Origin: an uncultured Gammaproteobacteria bacterium
GTDB taxonomy: Bacteria; Patescibacteriota; Microgenomatia; UBA8517
Direction of reading: 5' to 3'
Assembly: GCA_964645605.1 (NCBI GenBank)
Contig: CAZYCE010000001.1
Coordinates: 64,063-128,062, forward strand
DNA length: 64,000 nt
Shown here: positions 54,869 through 64,000 of the stretch, piece by piece
Layout: each line of letters opens with the position of its first letter
Numbering within the stretch: the stretch's first letter is position 1
Notes under the pieces: generated by a model
Told to the model about the DNA's origin: nothing
The model's input: the letters and a program-made list of their open reading frames with translations, nothing else
The model's database searches: none
Position numbers and translations under genes: made by a program

Positions 54869-55849
54869 ATGAAAACCTGGCAGAAAATCAAAATCGACCC
54901 GGCACTTTTGGAAAAATTTTTGGTCAGAGAGAAAGTAGTAGATTCGATCAGATTCTTTCTTAAAGATCGAGGTTTCCGTGAAGTTTTTACACCAATTCTT
55001 GTTCCTGTTCCGTCAATTGAGCCTAATTTGGAGGTTTTTGAGACAGAACTCAGGACCTCGAAGGGTGTAAAAAGAGACGGATATTTGATAATGAGCCCCG
55101 AATTTTCGATTAAAAAACTTCTTGCGGCAGGAGTCGGAAATTGTTTTGAAATTACCAGGTGCTTCAGAAATGAGGAAGAGGTAAGTACACTTCACAATCC
55201 GGAATTTACAATGCTTGAATGGTATAGGGTGGGGGCAAACTATTTTGATGTGATGGACGATTTTGAAAATTTATTTATCGAGATAGTCAAAAAAATAAAT
55301 CCCAAAACAGATCTCAAAAAATGGGAATATCAGGAAAAATCATTTGATTTAACCGTGCCTTGGCCGAGGGTGAGAATTCCCGATGCCTTCAAAAAATATG
55401 CCAAAAAAGATGTTCTGAAAATAACCGACGCGGATTTTTACAAGATTTATTTTAATGAAATTGAGCCAGAGCTTAAGAAGCTCGGCAAGCCTTATTTTAT
55501 TTATGATTATCCGATTTCTCAGGCATCACTCTCAAAACCTACCCCTGACCCGCGTTTTGCGGAAAGATTTGAAGTATTTTTGGATGGGATTGAACTCGGA
55601 AACTGCTTTTCGGAATTGATTGATGCTAAGGAGCAGAAAAAGAGATTTGAAGCAGAAAAAGTTCTTCGGCAAGCTCAGGGTAAAACAAAATATCCCATCG
55701 ATGAAGATCTGATAAAGGCTTTAGAGGTGGGGTTGCCTGAAGTTTCAGGGATTGCGGTTGGTGTAGATCGTTTAGTTATGCTTGCCGCAAATACTTCTTC
55801 AATTTCTGAAACGCTCTTTTTCCCCGGAAAAGAGTTATTTGACCTCTAA
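54869..55849 (+). CDS. epmA: EF-P lysyl ligase EpmA (GenX/PoxA)
   Basis: LysRS catalytic domain without the anticodon domain: SPEFSIKKLLAAG, FRNEE..HNPEFTMLEWY, AERFE..GIELGNCFSEL, GLPEVSGIAVGVDRL; adjacent to efp. Confidence 0.9.
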   Translation: MKTWQKIKIDPALLEKFLVREKVVDSIRFFLKDRGFREVFTPILVPVPSIEPNLEVFETELRTSKGVKRDGYLIMSPEFSIKKLLAAGVGNCFEITRCFRNEEEVSTLHNPEFTMLEWYRVGANYFDVMDDFENLFIEIVKKINPKTDLKKWEYQEKSFDLTVPWPRVRIPDAFKKYAKKDVLKITDADFYKIYFNEIEPELKKLGKPYFIYDYPISQASLSKPTPDPRFAERFEVFLDGIELGNCFSELIDAKEQKKRFEAEKVLRQAQGKTKYPIDEDLIKALEVGLPEVSGIAVGVDRLVMLAANTSSISETLFFPGKELFDL

Positions 55850-55875
55850 CTAGCTTCGGGATTACAATACACGGT

Positions 55876-56445
55876 ATGGCAAATACAATTAATGCCGGTA
55901 ACATTACCAAAGGCAGCTTCATTATTTTCAAGGGAGCGCCTGTTTTTATAACAAAAGCGGAGTTTATGTCTCCGGGAAAAGGGTCTCCCGTAATGAGAAT
56001 TAAGTTTAGAAACGTACAGACGGGAACCGCAGGGGAGTTTACTTATAAAACCGGCGAAAGTGTTGAGACCGCCGAAATTGAAAAGAAAGAAATGGAATAT
56101 CTTTACCGCGACGGAGACGAACTTGTTTTTATGGATCCCAAAAGCTATGACCAGGTAAATATTCCTCTTGCTCTCATTGATGAACAGTTTGGGTATCTCA
56201 CACCGAATCTTAGGTGCTGGATCGTCTGGTACAAGGGAAATCCTATAGGAGTCAATTTGCCCTCTCACGTGACATTGCGAGTAACCGACTCTCCGGATGA
56301 AGTCGCCGGCAATAGGATTAATGCTCCCAAAAAAACCGTTAAACTTGAAACCGGAATCGAAGCTCAGGTCCCTTTGTTTATTAAGGTTGGAGAAAAAGTG
56401 CAGCTCGATACGGGAACAGGAGAATACCTAGGGAGAGTCAAGTAA
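55876..56445 (+). CDS. efp: Elongation factor P
   Basis: SPGKGSP loop, YLYRDG...FMD..Y.Q, LETG...VPLFI..GE. Confidence 0.96.
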   Translation: MANTINAGNITKGSFIIFKGAPVFITKAEFMSPGKGSPVMRIKFRNVQTGTAGEFTYKTGESVETAEIEKKEMEYLYRDGDELVFMDPKSYDQVNIPLALIDEQFGYLTPNLRCWIVWYKGNPIGVNLPSHVTLRVTDSPDEVAGNRINAPKKTVKLETGIEAQVPLFIKVGEKVQLDTGTGEYLGRVK

Positions 56446-56490
56446 ACCTGGTCTTCAGGCGGACCTCATTTTGAGTTATTATTATTTCTA

Positions 56491-57990
56491 ATGACTCTTT
56501 TGTCTACTTTTCTTGCAACTGCTCCCTTTTTATTGTTTTTGATACTTCTCATTTGGAAAAAATTACCTCTTATTTGGATTTCTTTGATTACCTTGGTCTT
56601 GGTAACGCTACTGGCGGCTCTTTTTTGGCAGGTTTATCCCGCATATATTGTGGGCTCTGTTGCAAAAGGCTTTTTTGTGGCCCTTGACATATTTTTCATT
56701 ATTTTCGGGGCAATATTTTTCCTGGAAATTATGAAGGAGATTAAAATAATTGAAAATATCGGCTACTATCTGGAATCCGTTTCCAAAGATCTTCGGGTTC
56801 AGGTAATATTTTTAGCTTGGTTTTTTGAGAATTTTTTGGAGGGAACTGCAGGATTCGGAACTCCGGCGGCGGTTGTCGCCCCGCTCCTGGTAGGCCTGGG
56901 AATTACCCCGATCAATGCCGTGATAATTGCCCTTTTAGGCAACAGTGCCTCGGGAGTTTTTGGTGCCGCGGGAACCCCGATCAAAATTGGATTTGGCTCT
57001 CTTGCCGGGGCGGGTGTTCCTCTTACAGCCTCAATTATAAATTTAATCGGGATCTTAGTACCTGTCTTTATGCTTTGGTTTTTAACTAAGGGTAAAGAAA
57101 ACGGAAGGAAAGAATTTACCGAGGCTCTGCCTTTTGCACTTTGGGCAGGAGCTGCTTTTGCTATTTCCTCGATATTAACTGTATTTTTAGGTCAAGAGTT
57201 TCCGTCGATCTTAGGATCGGTAATCGGTCTTTTGCTGGTACTTATTACCACTAAACTCGGAATTTTTATCCCAAAAAAGGAAAAGGAACTCATAGACAGG
57301 CCTCACCCGGCCAGGCTTCCATTGGTCGAGGTACTCACTCCTTATTTACTGTTGATCATAATTCTGGTTGCGGGAAAGTTCCTGCTCGGATCATCCGGTA
57401 TTCAAATTCCGATTTTTATTAAACACACGTTTGCATTCTTTAACCCCGGTTTCGTTTTCATAATTGCCGGAACAATAACGTTATTACTGCACAAAAAGGG
57501 TACAAAATTTTTTGCCAATTCCGCAAAAACTGCATTAAAGGGATCCTTGATACCTTTTTTAGTAATTGTTTTTATGTCTTCAGTTGCACAAATTATGGTT
57601 AATTCCGTACATAATGCAATCTCACTGCCATCGATGATAGATTTATTGGCAACCAATGTTAAAAATGTTCTCCTTCCGCTGTGGGCACCTTTCGTGGGCG
57701 CATTCGGAAGTTTTCTTACAGGGAGTGTTACAATTTCGAATTTAATGTTTGGAAATTTTTTGGCAGTCGCTGCGAAAGATCTGGGCTTTGCTGTTGATAA
57801 AATACTGGCACTTGCACTCGTCGGGGGAGCGGCGGGGAACATGATTGCACTAGCGGATATAATGGCTGCGGAAGCCGTGGTGGGACTAAAAAATGAGGAG
57901 AGAAAAGTAATAAGAGGAGTTATAATTCCCTGTATAATTTATATCGGTTTGGCAGGTTTGATTGGAATGTTTGTTCTACGGCCTTTGTAG
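56491..57990 (+). CDS. lctP: L-lactate permease (LctP family)
   Basis: DLRVQV..AWFF..FLEGTAGFGTPAA, FGAAGTPI, GSFLTGSVTISNLMFG, GGAAGNMI. Confidence 0.9.
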   Translation: MTLLSTFLATAPFLLFLILLIWKKLPLIWISLITLVLVTLLAALFWQVYPAYIVGSVAKGFFVALDIFFIIFGAIFFLEIMKEIKIIENIGYYLESVSKDLRVQVIFLAWFFENFLEGTAGFGTPAAVVAPLLVGLGITPINAVIIALLGNSASGVFGAAGTPIKIGFGSLAGAGVPLTASIINLIGILVPVFMLWFLTKGKENGRKEFTEALPFALWAGAAFAISSILTVFLGQEFPSILGSVIGLLLVLITTKLGIFIPKKEKELIDRPHPARLPLVEVLTPYLLLIIILVAGKFLLGSSGIQIPIFIKHTFAFFNPGFVFIIAGTITLLLHKKGTKFFANSAKTALKGSLIPFLVIVFMSSVAQIMVNSVHNAISLPSMIDLLATNVKNVLLPLWAPFVGAFGSFLTGSVTISNLMFGNFLAVAAKDLGFAVDKILALALVGGAAGNMIALADIMAAEAVVGLKNEERKVIRGVIIPCIIYIGLAGLIGMFVLRPL

Positions 57991-58005
57991 AGTAATATAT
58001 CCAGT

Positions 58006-58620
58006 ATGTCGCTGCATAATACGGAAACTGACTTTTTTGGTAAGCAGGATGGAGAAAAAATTCTTTATGTAATTAAACCCCACCCTCTTTCGCTCTCATT
58101 TAAGATTGTCAAAATATAGGTAATTTCATTGGCGGTATTTTTTGCATTCACAATGCTTGGATCCCAGTTGGTTCTTCATACGGCGTTTGTGATGGCGGGA
58201 CTTATTGTGGCGATTTTGATCGCACTGGTCGGAACAAAAATAGTTACTGATTGTCAAAAAAGAGAGATAGCGTATATCACAGATAGACGCCTGATCCGTT
58301 TTGAGCCGACGACTCTCTTTGCTACAAATCCGAGGTCTTTAAGCTGGGACGAAGTTGTTAAGGTTAAAACTTACCCCAAAAACGCTCTCTGGAAACAAAT
58401 GGCTATAGGAAATGTTGTGGTTCATGCCAGAACTCCGGCAAGATCTAAAGAAAATACCCCCGGAATGGTGGACGCCGATGATATTGAATTAAAAGATGTT
58501 TATTATTACAAAGATTTAGGAAATTACATCGATAAAATTCTTTTTACATACAAACAGAGGCCGAAAGAAATGGATGAAATAAGGCCTTTTATCCTAAAAC
58601 CAAAATGGGAAAGATACTGA
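58006..58620 (+). pseudogene. bPH-domain membrane protein interrupted by an in-frame TAG
   Basis: ATG 58006 ...FGKQDGEKILYVIKPHP...KI-TAG(58117)-VISLAVFF; continues in frame to YITDRRLIRF and stop 58620. Confidence 0.75.
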
Positions 58621-58622
58621 TC

Positions 58623-58650
58623 AATTAACAATTGGCAATTTACAATTCAC
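58623..58650. repeat. AATTNNN heptamer array at convergent gene ends
   Basis: aattaac aattggc aatttac aattcac. Confidence 0.75.
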
Positions 58651-59191
58651 GGTTGAGGCGGATTGCAGGGGATAGGATAAACCTTTTGGCCAGTTCGTAA
58701 GCTCCGAAGAATACTCCTGTATAGAAAAAGTCTCCCAAAATAGTGTTGCGGAAAAATGGTATGGCCAAGGTAAAACACTCAACAAGCCCGAAAATGTTTT
58801 TGGCATACATCGTCCCGAAGGCCCAGACGGCAAAATTGGTAATGATAAAAAATAGAACCGAAGACGCGATTGGGGCAAGCAAAATATTTTTAAGGTCTTT
58901 ATGCTTTTTGAGCCGGAAACCGATCAAGACGGTTATTAAAAAGCTTCCGTAAACAGCAATTCTTACAGGTATGTTGTCGAAACCGATCAGAAAATCCGAG
59001 ACTATCATTGCCAAAAGCGGGATAATGAGAGCTTGTTTTTTTGACATATACACCCCCCCGAAGAGGGCCATTGCGGCAATCGGTGCAAAATTGGCCGGAT
59101 GCGGAATAATCCGCGAAAAGGCCCCGATGACAATAAAGGCGGTGGGCTGGGATATCTTAGTAATTAGCGACTTTCCATTTAATTTCATCAT
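58640..59191 (-). CDS. DUF6580-family putative ECF-type S component (vitamin, probably B12, uptake)
   Basis: RIIPHPANFAPIAAMALFGG, SDFLIGF, FFIITNFAVW, AIPFFRNTILGD. Confidence 0.8.
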   Translation of the reverse strand: MMKLNGKSLITKISQPTAFIVIGAFSRIIPHPANFAPIAAMALFGGVYMSKKQALIIPLLAMIVSDFLIGFDNIPVRIAVYGSFLITVLIGFRLKKHKDLKNILLAPIASSVLFFIITNFAVWAFGTMYAKNIFGLVECFTLAIPFFRNTILGDFFYTGVFFGAYELAKRFILSPAIRLNREL

Positions 59192-59546
59192 GGTTTTTGA
59201 TTATATAGCTTCCTGCGCCGATCGGTGCCTCGACTCCGTTGACATCAAATTCCCAAAACTCACGCTTAAGAGTATTTGCCGATCGCCCTCCGATTGATGT
59301 TATAAAAGCATTGGCTCCGGTTCCGTTTGTTGTAATGCTAATTTTAGCCTCCGTTGCCTCCAGAGCAGTTTTGCCGACATAGTCGGAAATATCATAGGCC
59401 TGACCCTCGATTTTTAGAGTAGCGTAGTTTGTTTCCCGGGAAACTGCAGGCAAAGTACGGGGTGATTTAAATTTAAATATAAGAAAACCCGCTACCACTA
59501 CGAGGATCAAAACTGCCGGAAGTAATAATTTTTTAAAGTTTTTCAT
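59157..59546 (-). CDS. DUF4430 (transcobalamin beta-domain-like) membrane-anchored protein
   Basis: TALEAT, AFITSIGG, FWEFDVNG..APIGAGSY.I..HDEIKW. Confidence 0.8.
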   Translation of the reverse strand: MKNFKKLLLPAVLILVVVAGFLIFKFKSPRTLPAVSRETNYATLKIEGQAYDISDYVGKTALEATEAKISITTNGTGANAFITSIGGRSANTLKREFWEFDVNGVEAPIGAGSYIIKNHDEIKWKVANY

Positions 59547-59554
59547 TTCCTACT

Positions 59555-59670
59555 CGGGTTTTAATTTGTCCTTCGATTTATCTCAGGACTTCGGCTTTTA
59601 GCCTCAGGGTTCCGGGTATACGGTAGCGGTACTCCCACAGACTTACACTGTGATTCACCAACAATCACAA
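59555..59670 (-). promoter_or_regulatory. Cobalamin riboswitch
   Basis: Minus strand GGTGAAT-CACAG-TGTAAGT-CTGTG-GGAGTACCGCTACCGTA...AAGTCC matches the GAA / T-loop hairpin / CCGCnACnGTA core; lies upstream of DUF4430 + DUF6580. Confidence 0.72.
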
Positions 59671-59730
59671 TGTAGTTTGAAAAATTATATTGGTCAAGTG
59701 GTATATTTATATTGGAAGGGGGTGAGTCGG

Positions 59731-59904
59731 GTGAAAATTATCGGCAAAAACAAAAAGTTAGCCTCCAGGGTTTTGTTTTATGGATCAGTTGTCGCGGTTT
59801 TATTTTCAGTTTTTAGCTGGATAGGGGTTGATATTTGGCTTGCATCAACCCAGTGGCTTCTGGTGGCTGCAGTTTTGGCACTTTTCAGTATTTATTTGAA
59901 ATAA
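59731..59904 (+). CDS. Small membrane protein
   Basis: GTG start after SD-like GAAGGGGGTGA; two hydrophobic segments, WLASTQW. Confidence 0.65.
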   Translation: MKIIGKNKKLASRVLFYGSVVAVLFSVFSWIGVDIWLASTQWLLVAAVLALFSIYLK

Positions 59905-59999
59905 ACTGAGCCCTGCGGTAATAGCGCGTTAAATTTGCGGAAATTATGAAATCCCTTTTGCTTGACTTTATAGAGAAGTAGTGCTAAGTTTCGCTCAGA

Positions 60000-60440
60000 A
60001 TGAACACAAAGAAAGTTATACTCATCTTTGTAGCCTTAATTGCATTAATTGTTGTCTTCTTTTTTGTTTTTCCAAAGTTTAATAAAAAGCCCTCAACAAC
60101 TCTTCCCGTCGGTACCCCCTCGGTAGAACAACAGTTGGAGCAAAAACTCAACGGCCTCACAATACCCAACGATGTGGAGAAGATTGAGCTTAAAAATGTA
60201 TCGGGCGGGGAGGAAATGGGGATTGCCACGAGAACAGAAGTTGTGGCGGATTTACCGGAGCCGCCCGCAGGGAAAAGTTATCAGGTATACCTGGGTAACG
60301 GAACAAAAACGGTTCTTTTGGGGACGATGCATCAGGCGAAGGGCGGATGGATTCTCGAGTATAATTCTTCGAAATATCCGGGATATGACCAAATTACGGT
60401 CGTAAGAGGATCGGAACATATACTCGAGGGCTCATTTTAA
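60000..60440 (+). CDS. Membrane-anchored protein, RskA C-terminal-like beta domain
   Basis: TM; ADLPEPPAGKSYQVYL..., HILEGSF. Confidence 0.65.
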   Translation: MNTKKVILIFVALIALIVVFFFVFPKFNKKPSTTLPVGTPSVEQQLEQKLNGLTIPNDVEKIELKNVSGGEEMGIATRTEVVADLPEPPAGKSYQVYLGNGTKTVLLGTMHQAKGGWILEYNSSKYPGYDQITVVRGSEHILEGSF

Positions 60441-60490
60441 CATCTTAAGTAGACTAAGCGCTGCCTTTTGAGCTAATATAAGGTTAGCGT

Positions 60491-60745
60491 ATGCAATTTA
60501 CAATTTACTCCACATCGGCCTGTCCTTATTGCAAAATGCTTAAGGATTATTTGGAAGAGAAGGGGGTTGCTTATACTGAAAAAATGGTGGATTTGGATGA
60601 GGCGGCGAAGGCGGAGATGTCGGAACTTTCCGGTGGCTTTTTCGGAGTACCTTTTACGCTGGCAACTTTTGATGATGGGAGGCGTGAAACGGTAATAGGT
60701 TTTGATAGAGGAAAGATCGATTCACTTTTAAATTCTCAAGGATGA
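60491..60745 (+). CDS. Glutaredoxin (NrdH-like)
   Basis: IYSTSACPYCKMLKDYL, GVPF, VIGFD. Confidence 0.9.
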   Translation: MQFTIYSTSACPYCKMLKDYLEEKGVAYTEKMVDLDEAAKAEMSELSGGFFGVPFTLATFDDGRRETVIGFDRGKIDSLLNSQG

Positions 60746-61401
60746 TATTTGTAAACTACAAAACTTTTGAAGAAGGCTCGGGTGAGGCTGCAATATCCCT
60801 GACAAATGCTCTGGAAGAAGCGGCTCGCAAATCGCAAGTAAAAATAATCCCGGTGGTTCAGGTAATTGATGCTGAGAAAATTATTGCCTCAACTACTCTG
60901 GAGGTTTGGATACAGCATGTTGACCCGGTAAGCTACGGGCCGCACACGGGTTGGATCCTGCCCGAAGAAGCGGCAAGTATAGGAGTTTCGGGGGTATTTT
61001 TAAACCACTCGGAGCACAAATTTAACGATTTTGAAGCTCTTCGTATGGCAAACGAGAAAGCCCTTGAGGTTAATCTCAAAACCCTGATTTTTGCAGGGAG
61101 TCTTGAGGAACTTAAAAACATTGTTACACTCAAACCCACATATGTTTCCTATGAACCTGTAGCCCTAATCGGTTCTACTACAAATTCGGTTGCTAGGGCG
61201 CAACCGGAAATTATTTCTCAGGCGTATGATATTGCCCGGGAGGGTGGAGAACCTTTAATAGTGGGAGCAGGGGTAAATTCGATGGAAGATATCAAAAAAA
61301 GTTTGGAGCTGGGAGCCACCGGGGTTGCTATTGCGACTGCCGTTGTCAAGGCTCCGGACCCAAAAGCAAAACTGTTAGAATTAACGGAGGGATTTAAATG
61401 A
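60742..61401 (+). CDS. tpiA: Triosephosphate isomerase, archaeal type
   Basis: FVNYKTF, QHVD...GPHTG, LNHSE, SYEPVALIG, VGAGV. Confidence 0.92.
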   Translation: MIFVNYKTFEEGSGEAAISLTNALEEAARKSQVKIIPVVQVIDAEKIIASTTLEVWIQHVDPVSYGPHTGWILPEEAASIGVSGVFLNHSEHKFNDFEALRMANEKALEVNLKTLIFAGSLEELKNIVTLKPTYVSYEPVALIGSTTNSVARAQPEIISQAYDIAREGGEPLIVGAGVNSMEDIKKSLELGATGVAIATAVVKAPDPKAKLLELTEGFK

Positions 61402-61847
61402 AAATTTTTCTCGGCGCTGATCATAGAGGCTATGAATTAAAGGAAAAAATTGCCAAGTGGCTTTTTGAAATGGAGTACCCGTATCAGGATTTGGGTGCAT
61501 ATCACTTTAATCCTCACGATGACTATACAAAATATGCCGAACAAGTTGCCTCTCTTGTTGCCACTACCGAAAACGCACGCGGGGTACTTCTTTGCGGAAG
61601 CGGAGTAGGTGTGGACGTGATGGCTAATAAATTCGACGGGATTAGGGCATCAATAGGAAAGGACGTTTTTCAAGTTGAAGCGGGAAGAAATGATGATGAT
61701 ATGAACGTATTGGTAATTGCGGCAGACTTTACAGAAGAAAAAGACGCCAAAGCGATGCTTATTGCCTTCCTGGAAACAAAATACTCAGGTAAGGCCAAGT
61801 ATGAACGAAGGCTTCAGGAAATTGCTGAGATAGAGGCCAATAACTGA
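61398..61847 (+). CDS. rpiB: Ribose-5-phosphate isomerase B family
   Basis: GADHRGYELK, DDY, LCGSGVG..MANKFDGIRA, DDMNVL. Confidence 0.92.
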   Translation: MKIFLGADHRGYELKEKIAKWLFEMEYPYQDLGAYHFNPHDDYTKYAEQVASLVATTENARGVLLCGSGVGVDVMANKFDGIRASIGKDVFQVEAGRNDDDMNVLVIAADFTEEKDAKAMLIAFLETKYSGKAKYERRLQEIAEIEANN

Positions 61848-61850
61848 CTT

Positions 61851-62813
61851 ATGAACTTGCCCAAACCGATTGACTTTGATGTTGCCGGAAAAAGAGTGCT
61901 TTTAAGGTTGGATCTTGATACAAACCCCGATAAGGATGATTTAAGAATCAAGGCCTCAGAAGAGTCACTGAACTTTTTAAAAGAAAAAGGTGCTTCGAAA
62001 ATTGTAATTATTGGTCACAAAGGCAGACCCAATGGCAAACCGGATGAAACTCTGAGTTTGAAGCCTTTTGAACAGATTTTTTCATATTGGGGAGCTGAAG
62101 TTAAGGAAAATTTGCGTTTTGACAAGGGTGAGGAAACAAATGACGAATTGTTCGTAAAAGAAATTGCCTCTTGGGGAGATGTTTACATCAACGATGCTTT
62201 TGCCTCAAGCCATAGAGCACATGCCTCAATTGTAGGCTTGCCAAAACTTTTGCCCCACGCGGCTGGATTCAGATTTGAAAAAGAGGTAGAAAACTTAAGT
62301 AAAGTTCTCGAAAATCCCCAAAGACCCCTGGTTTTTATGATTAGCGGAGTGAAGGAAGACAAACTTTCCTATATTTCCGAATTTGAAAAAAATGCCGACA
62401 AAGTTTTGGTGGGGGGAAGGCTCCCGTATTTTTTGGGTGATAAAAGGCTTGAGAGCGTGAGAACCCAAAACGGGAAAGTAGTGATTGGGAATTTAGTTAT
62501 GGATAAAGAGGATATAACACTAAATACAATTCAGAGATTTGAGAAGGAAATTAGGGAAGCAAAGACGATCATAGTTTCGGGTCCTCTGGGAAGATTCGAA
62601 GATGCAGGTCATAGACAGGGAACGGAGAGAGTCCTGAGGTCTGTGACAGAGAATAAAAATGCTTACAAAATTGCAGGTGGTGGAGATACCGAGGCGGCGA
62701 TAAGTCTTTTTAGTCTTTCGGATAAATTTGATTGGATTTCGGTTGGGGGTGGAGCAATGCTTGAATTTTTATCTAAAAAGACTCTTCCAGGAATTGAGGC
62801 TCTTCTTAAATAA
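61851..62813 (+). CDS. pgk: Phosphoglycerate kinase (shortened)
   Basis: GHKGRP, ENLRF..GE, NDAFASSHRAHAS, GPLGRFE, GGGDT, ISVGGGAMLEFL. Confidence 0.9.
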   Translation: MNLPKPIDFDVAGKRVLLRLDLDTNPDKDDLRIKASEESLNFLKEKGASKIVIIGHKGRPNGKPDETLSLKPFEQIFSYWGAEVKENLRFDKGEETNDELFVKEIASWGDVYINDAFASSHRAHASIVGLPKLLPHAAGFRFEKEVENLSKVLENPQRPLVFMISGVKEDKLSYISEFEKNADKVLVGGRLPYFLGDKRLESVRTQNGKVVIGNLVMDKEDITLNTIQRFEKEIREAKTIIVSGPLGRFEDAGHRQGTERVLRSVTENKNAYKIAGGGDTEAAISLFSLSDKFDWISVGGGAMLEFLSKKTLPGIEALLK

Positions 62814-63632
62814 TTTCATTGATTTACTATCAACTGTGTTGCCTTGGAATAAGATCGAAATGAAATTTCTCAACTTAATATTTCTTTTATCACCCCTTTT
62901 GTAAAAAGAACCGCCTTTCATTGGGTAAAGAAGTAATGTATCTTTTTTGGTTAGTTTGCCGCCCTTAAGCATTTTTAGAATTTCCATTTGAGACATTTCT
63001 TGCAGCATTTTAAATGTACCTATTTTTTTAAGTCTTCTGAATGAATATGTATATTTAGGGGTTTTAACAAACTCAAACTTCATACTTAATTTGCGTGCTC
63101 TTTTAAGAAGATCTTCGCCTTCACGCCAATTTATATCTACATCAAATCCTTTCAGGATATCGAAGGATTTTTTCTTAATGACCATCATAGATTCCATAAC
63201 GTAAGGAGTGGAAGAATTTTTATTTATATCCATAAAAACATTCATAACTGTGGCTGTAAATTTATCCTGCTTATTGTCCGTATCGGGTTTGAGCCATGTG
63301 GACAGAATATCGGGGTTAAGTGTTTCTATTTGGTGTTTTAAGCCAGTGAGAAAATTTTTGGGAATTCTATTATCTGCATCCATGAACACAATCCAGGGAG
63401 AATTACTGCTTTTTGCTCCGAGATTTCTCTGGTATGAAACATTTTTCTCGCTGCTGCTAATGATTTTAGCTTTGTATTTTTTGGCAATTACAGTGGTTTT
63501 ATCTTTTGAATTTGCGTCAACTACAATTACTTTAAAATCCTTGAATGTTTGTTTTGAAAGGTCATCAAGGAGATTAGGGAGGTGTTTTTCCTCGTTTAGG
63601 GTAGGAATGACAATTGTAAAATACACATTCAT
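62769..63632 (-). CDS. Glycosyltransferase family 2
   Basis: IVIPTLNEE, VVDANSKDKT, QRNLGA, FMDAD, GEDL. Confidence 0.9.
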   Translation of the reverse strand: MNVYFTIVIPTLNEEKHLPNLLDDLSKQTFKDFKVIVVDANSKDKTTVIAKKYKAKIISSSEKNVSYQRNLGAKSSNSPWIVFMDADNRIPKNFLTGLKHQIETLNPDILSTWLKPDTDNKQDKFTATVMNVFMDINKNSSTPYVMESMMVIKKKSFDILKGFDVDINWREGEDLLKRARKLSMKFEFVKTPKYTYSFRRLKKIGTFKMLQEMSQMEILKMLKGGKLTKKDTLLLYPMKGGSFYKRGDKRNIKLRNFISILFQGNTVDSKSMKLFKKSLNSWKSLFR

Positions 63633-63701
63633 TCTTGTAATTATATCTCAAGATTTAGGGTATGGCTTGTTCTTCAGGGATGTTATAATTAGTATACTGT
63701 C

Positions 63702-64000
63702 ATGGTCAAAGTAGGAATAAACGGGTTCGGAAGAATAGGAAGAATTGCCTTCAGAATAGGTGTATTAAAACATCTTGATGAAATTGAATTTGCTGCAATA
63801 AATACCTCAGGGAGTATGCCGGTGTCTGGTTGGGCCCACCTCACAAACTATGACACGATGTATCGGGCTTTTCAGTACAAAGTTCTGGGACGTGATTTAA
63901 AGGACCCGAAGGACGCAACCGATGAAGACTCGCTGATAGGGGAGATTGCAATTCCTGAAAGAAATGTTAAAGTTCCGATTCTTGCTCAGAAAGACCCTGC
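63702..64000 (+). CDS. gap: Glyceraldehyde-3-phosphate dehydrogenase (3'-truncated by the window edge)
   Basis: MVKVGINGFGRIGRIAF...AAIN...NYDTMY. Confidence 0.92.
   Translation, partial: MVKVGINGFGRIGRIAFRIGVLKHLDEIEFAAINTSGSMPVSGWAHLTNYDTMYRAFQYKVLGRDLKDPKDATDEDSLIGEIAIPERNVKVPILAQKDP

Noticed and set aside
1-64000. CRISPR array, cas genes, prophage, IS transposase or rRNA
   Set aside because: No repeat-spacer arrays or such genes were recognised; the heptamer arrays lack unique spacers.

Overview
Chromosomal window from a Patescibacteria (CPR) bacterium, most likely Microgenomates-type. That assignment is inferred from the gene repertoire, the near-absence of Shine-Dalgarno sites, the archaeal-type TpiA and the DUF4012/PrgI/pilin families. 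Genetic code 11. The window spans the replication origin (jag-yidC-yidD-rnpA-rpmH <> dnaA-oriC-dnaN, with DnaA boxes and DnaA-trios). Immediately after it lies a ~19 kb relaxase-less type IV secretion-like locus: VirB4, PrgI, a VirB6-like protein, eight tandem VirB2/TrbC-like pilins, and M23 and lysozyme-like wall hydrolases, with a SpoIID-family gene divergent from it. Next come smpB-tmRNA, a comF pseudogene, and a cluster of all four tRNA-Ser genes plus tRNA-Arg(GCG). In that cluster a free-standing LAGLIDADG endonuclease appears to have inserted into a tRNA-Ser gene and rebuilt its 5' end. Further on are dnaG-rpoD, tdh-kbl, a tRNA-Asn split by a group I intron inside its anticodon with an adjacent recombinase remnant, CIRCE-controlled hsp20, epmA-efp, a lactate permease, a cobalamin-riboswitch-controlled transporter pair and glycolysis genes. 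Also seen: dispersed AATTNNN heptamer arrays, widespread leaderless promoters and two candidate structured RNAs. All calls come from reading the sequence and motifs by eye; no database searches were run.
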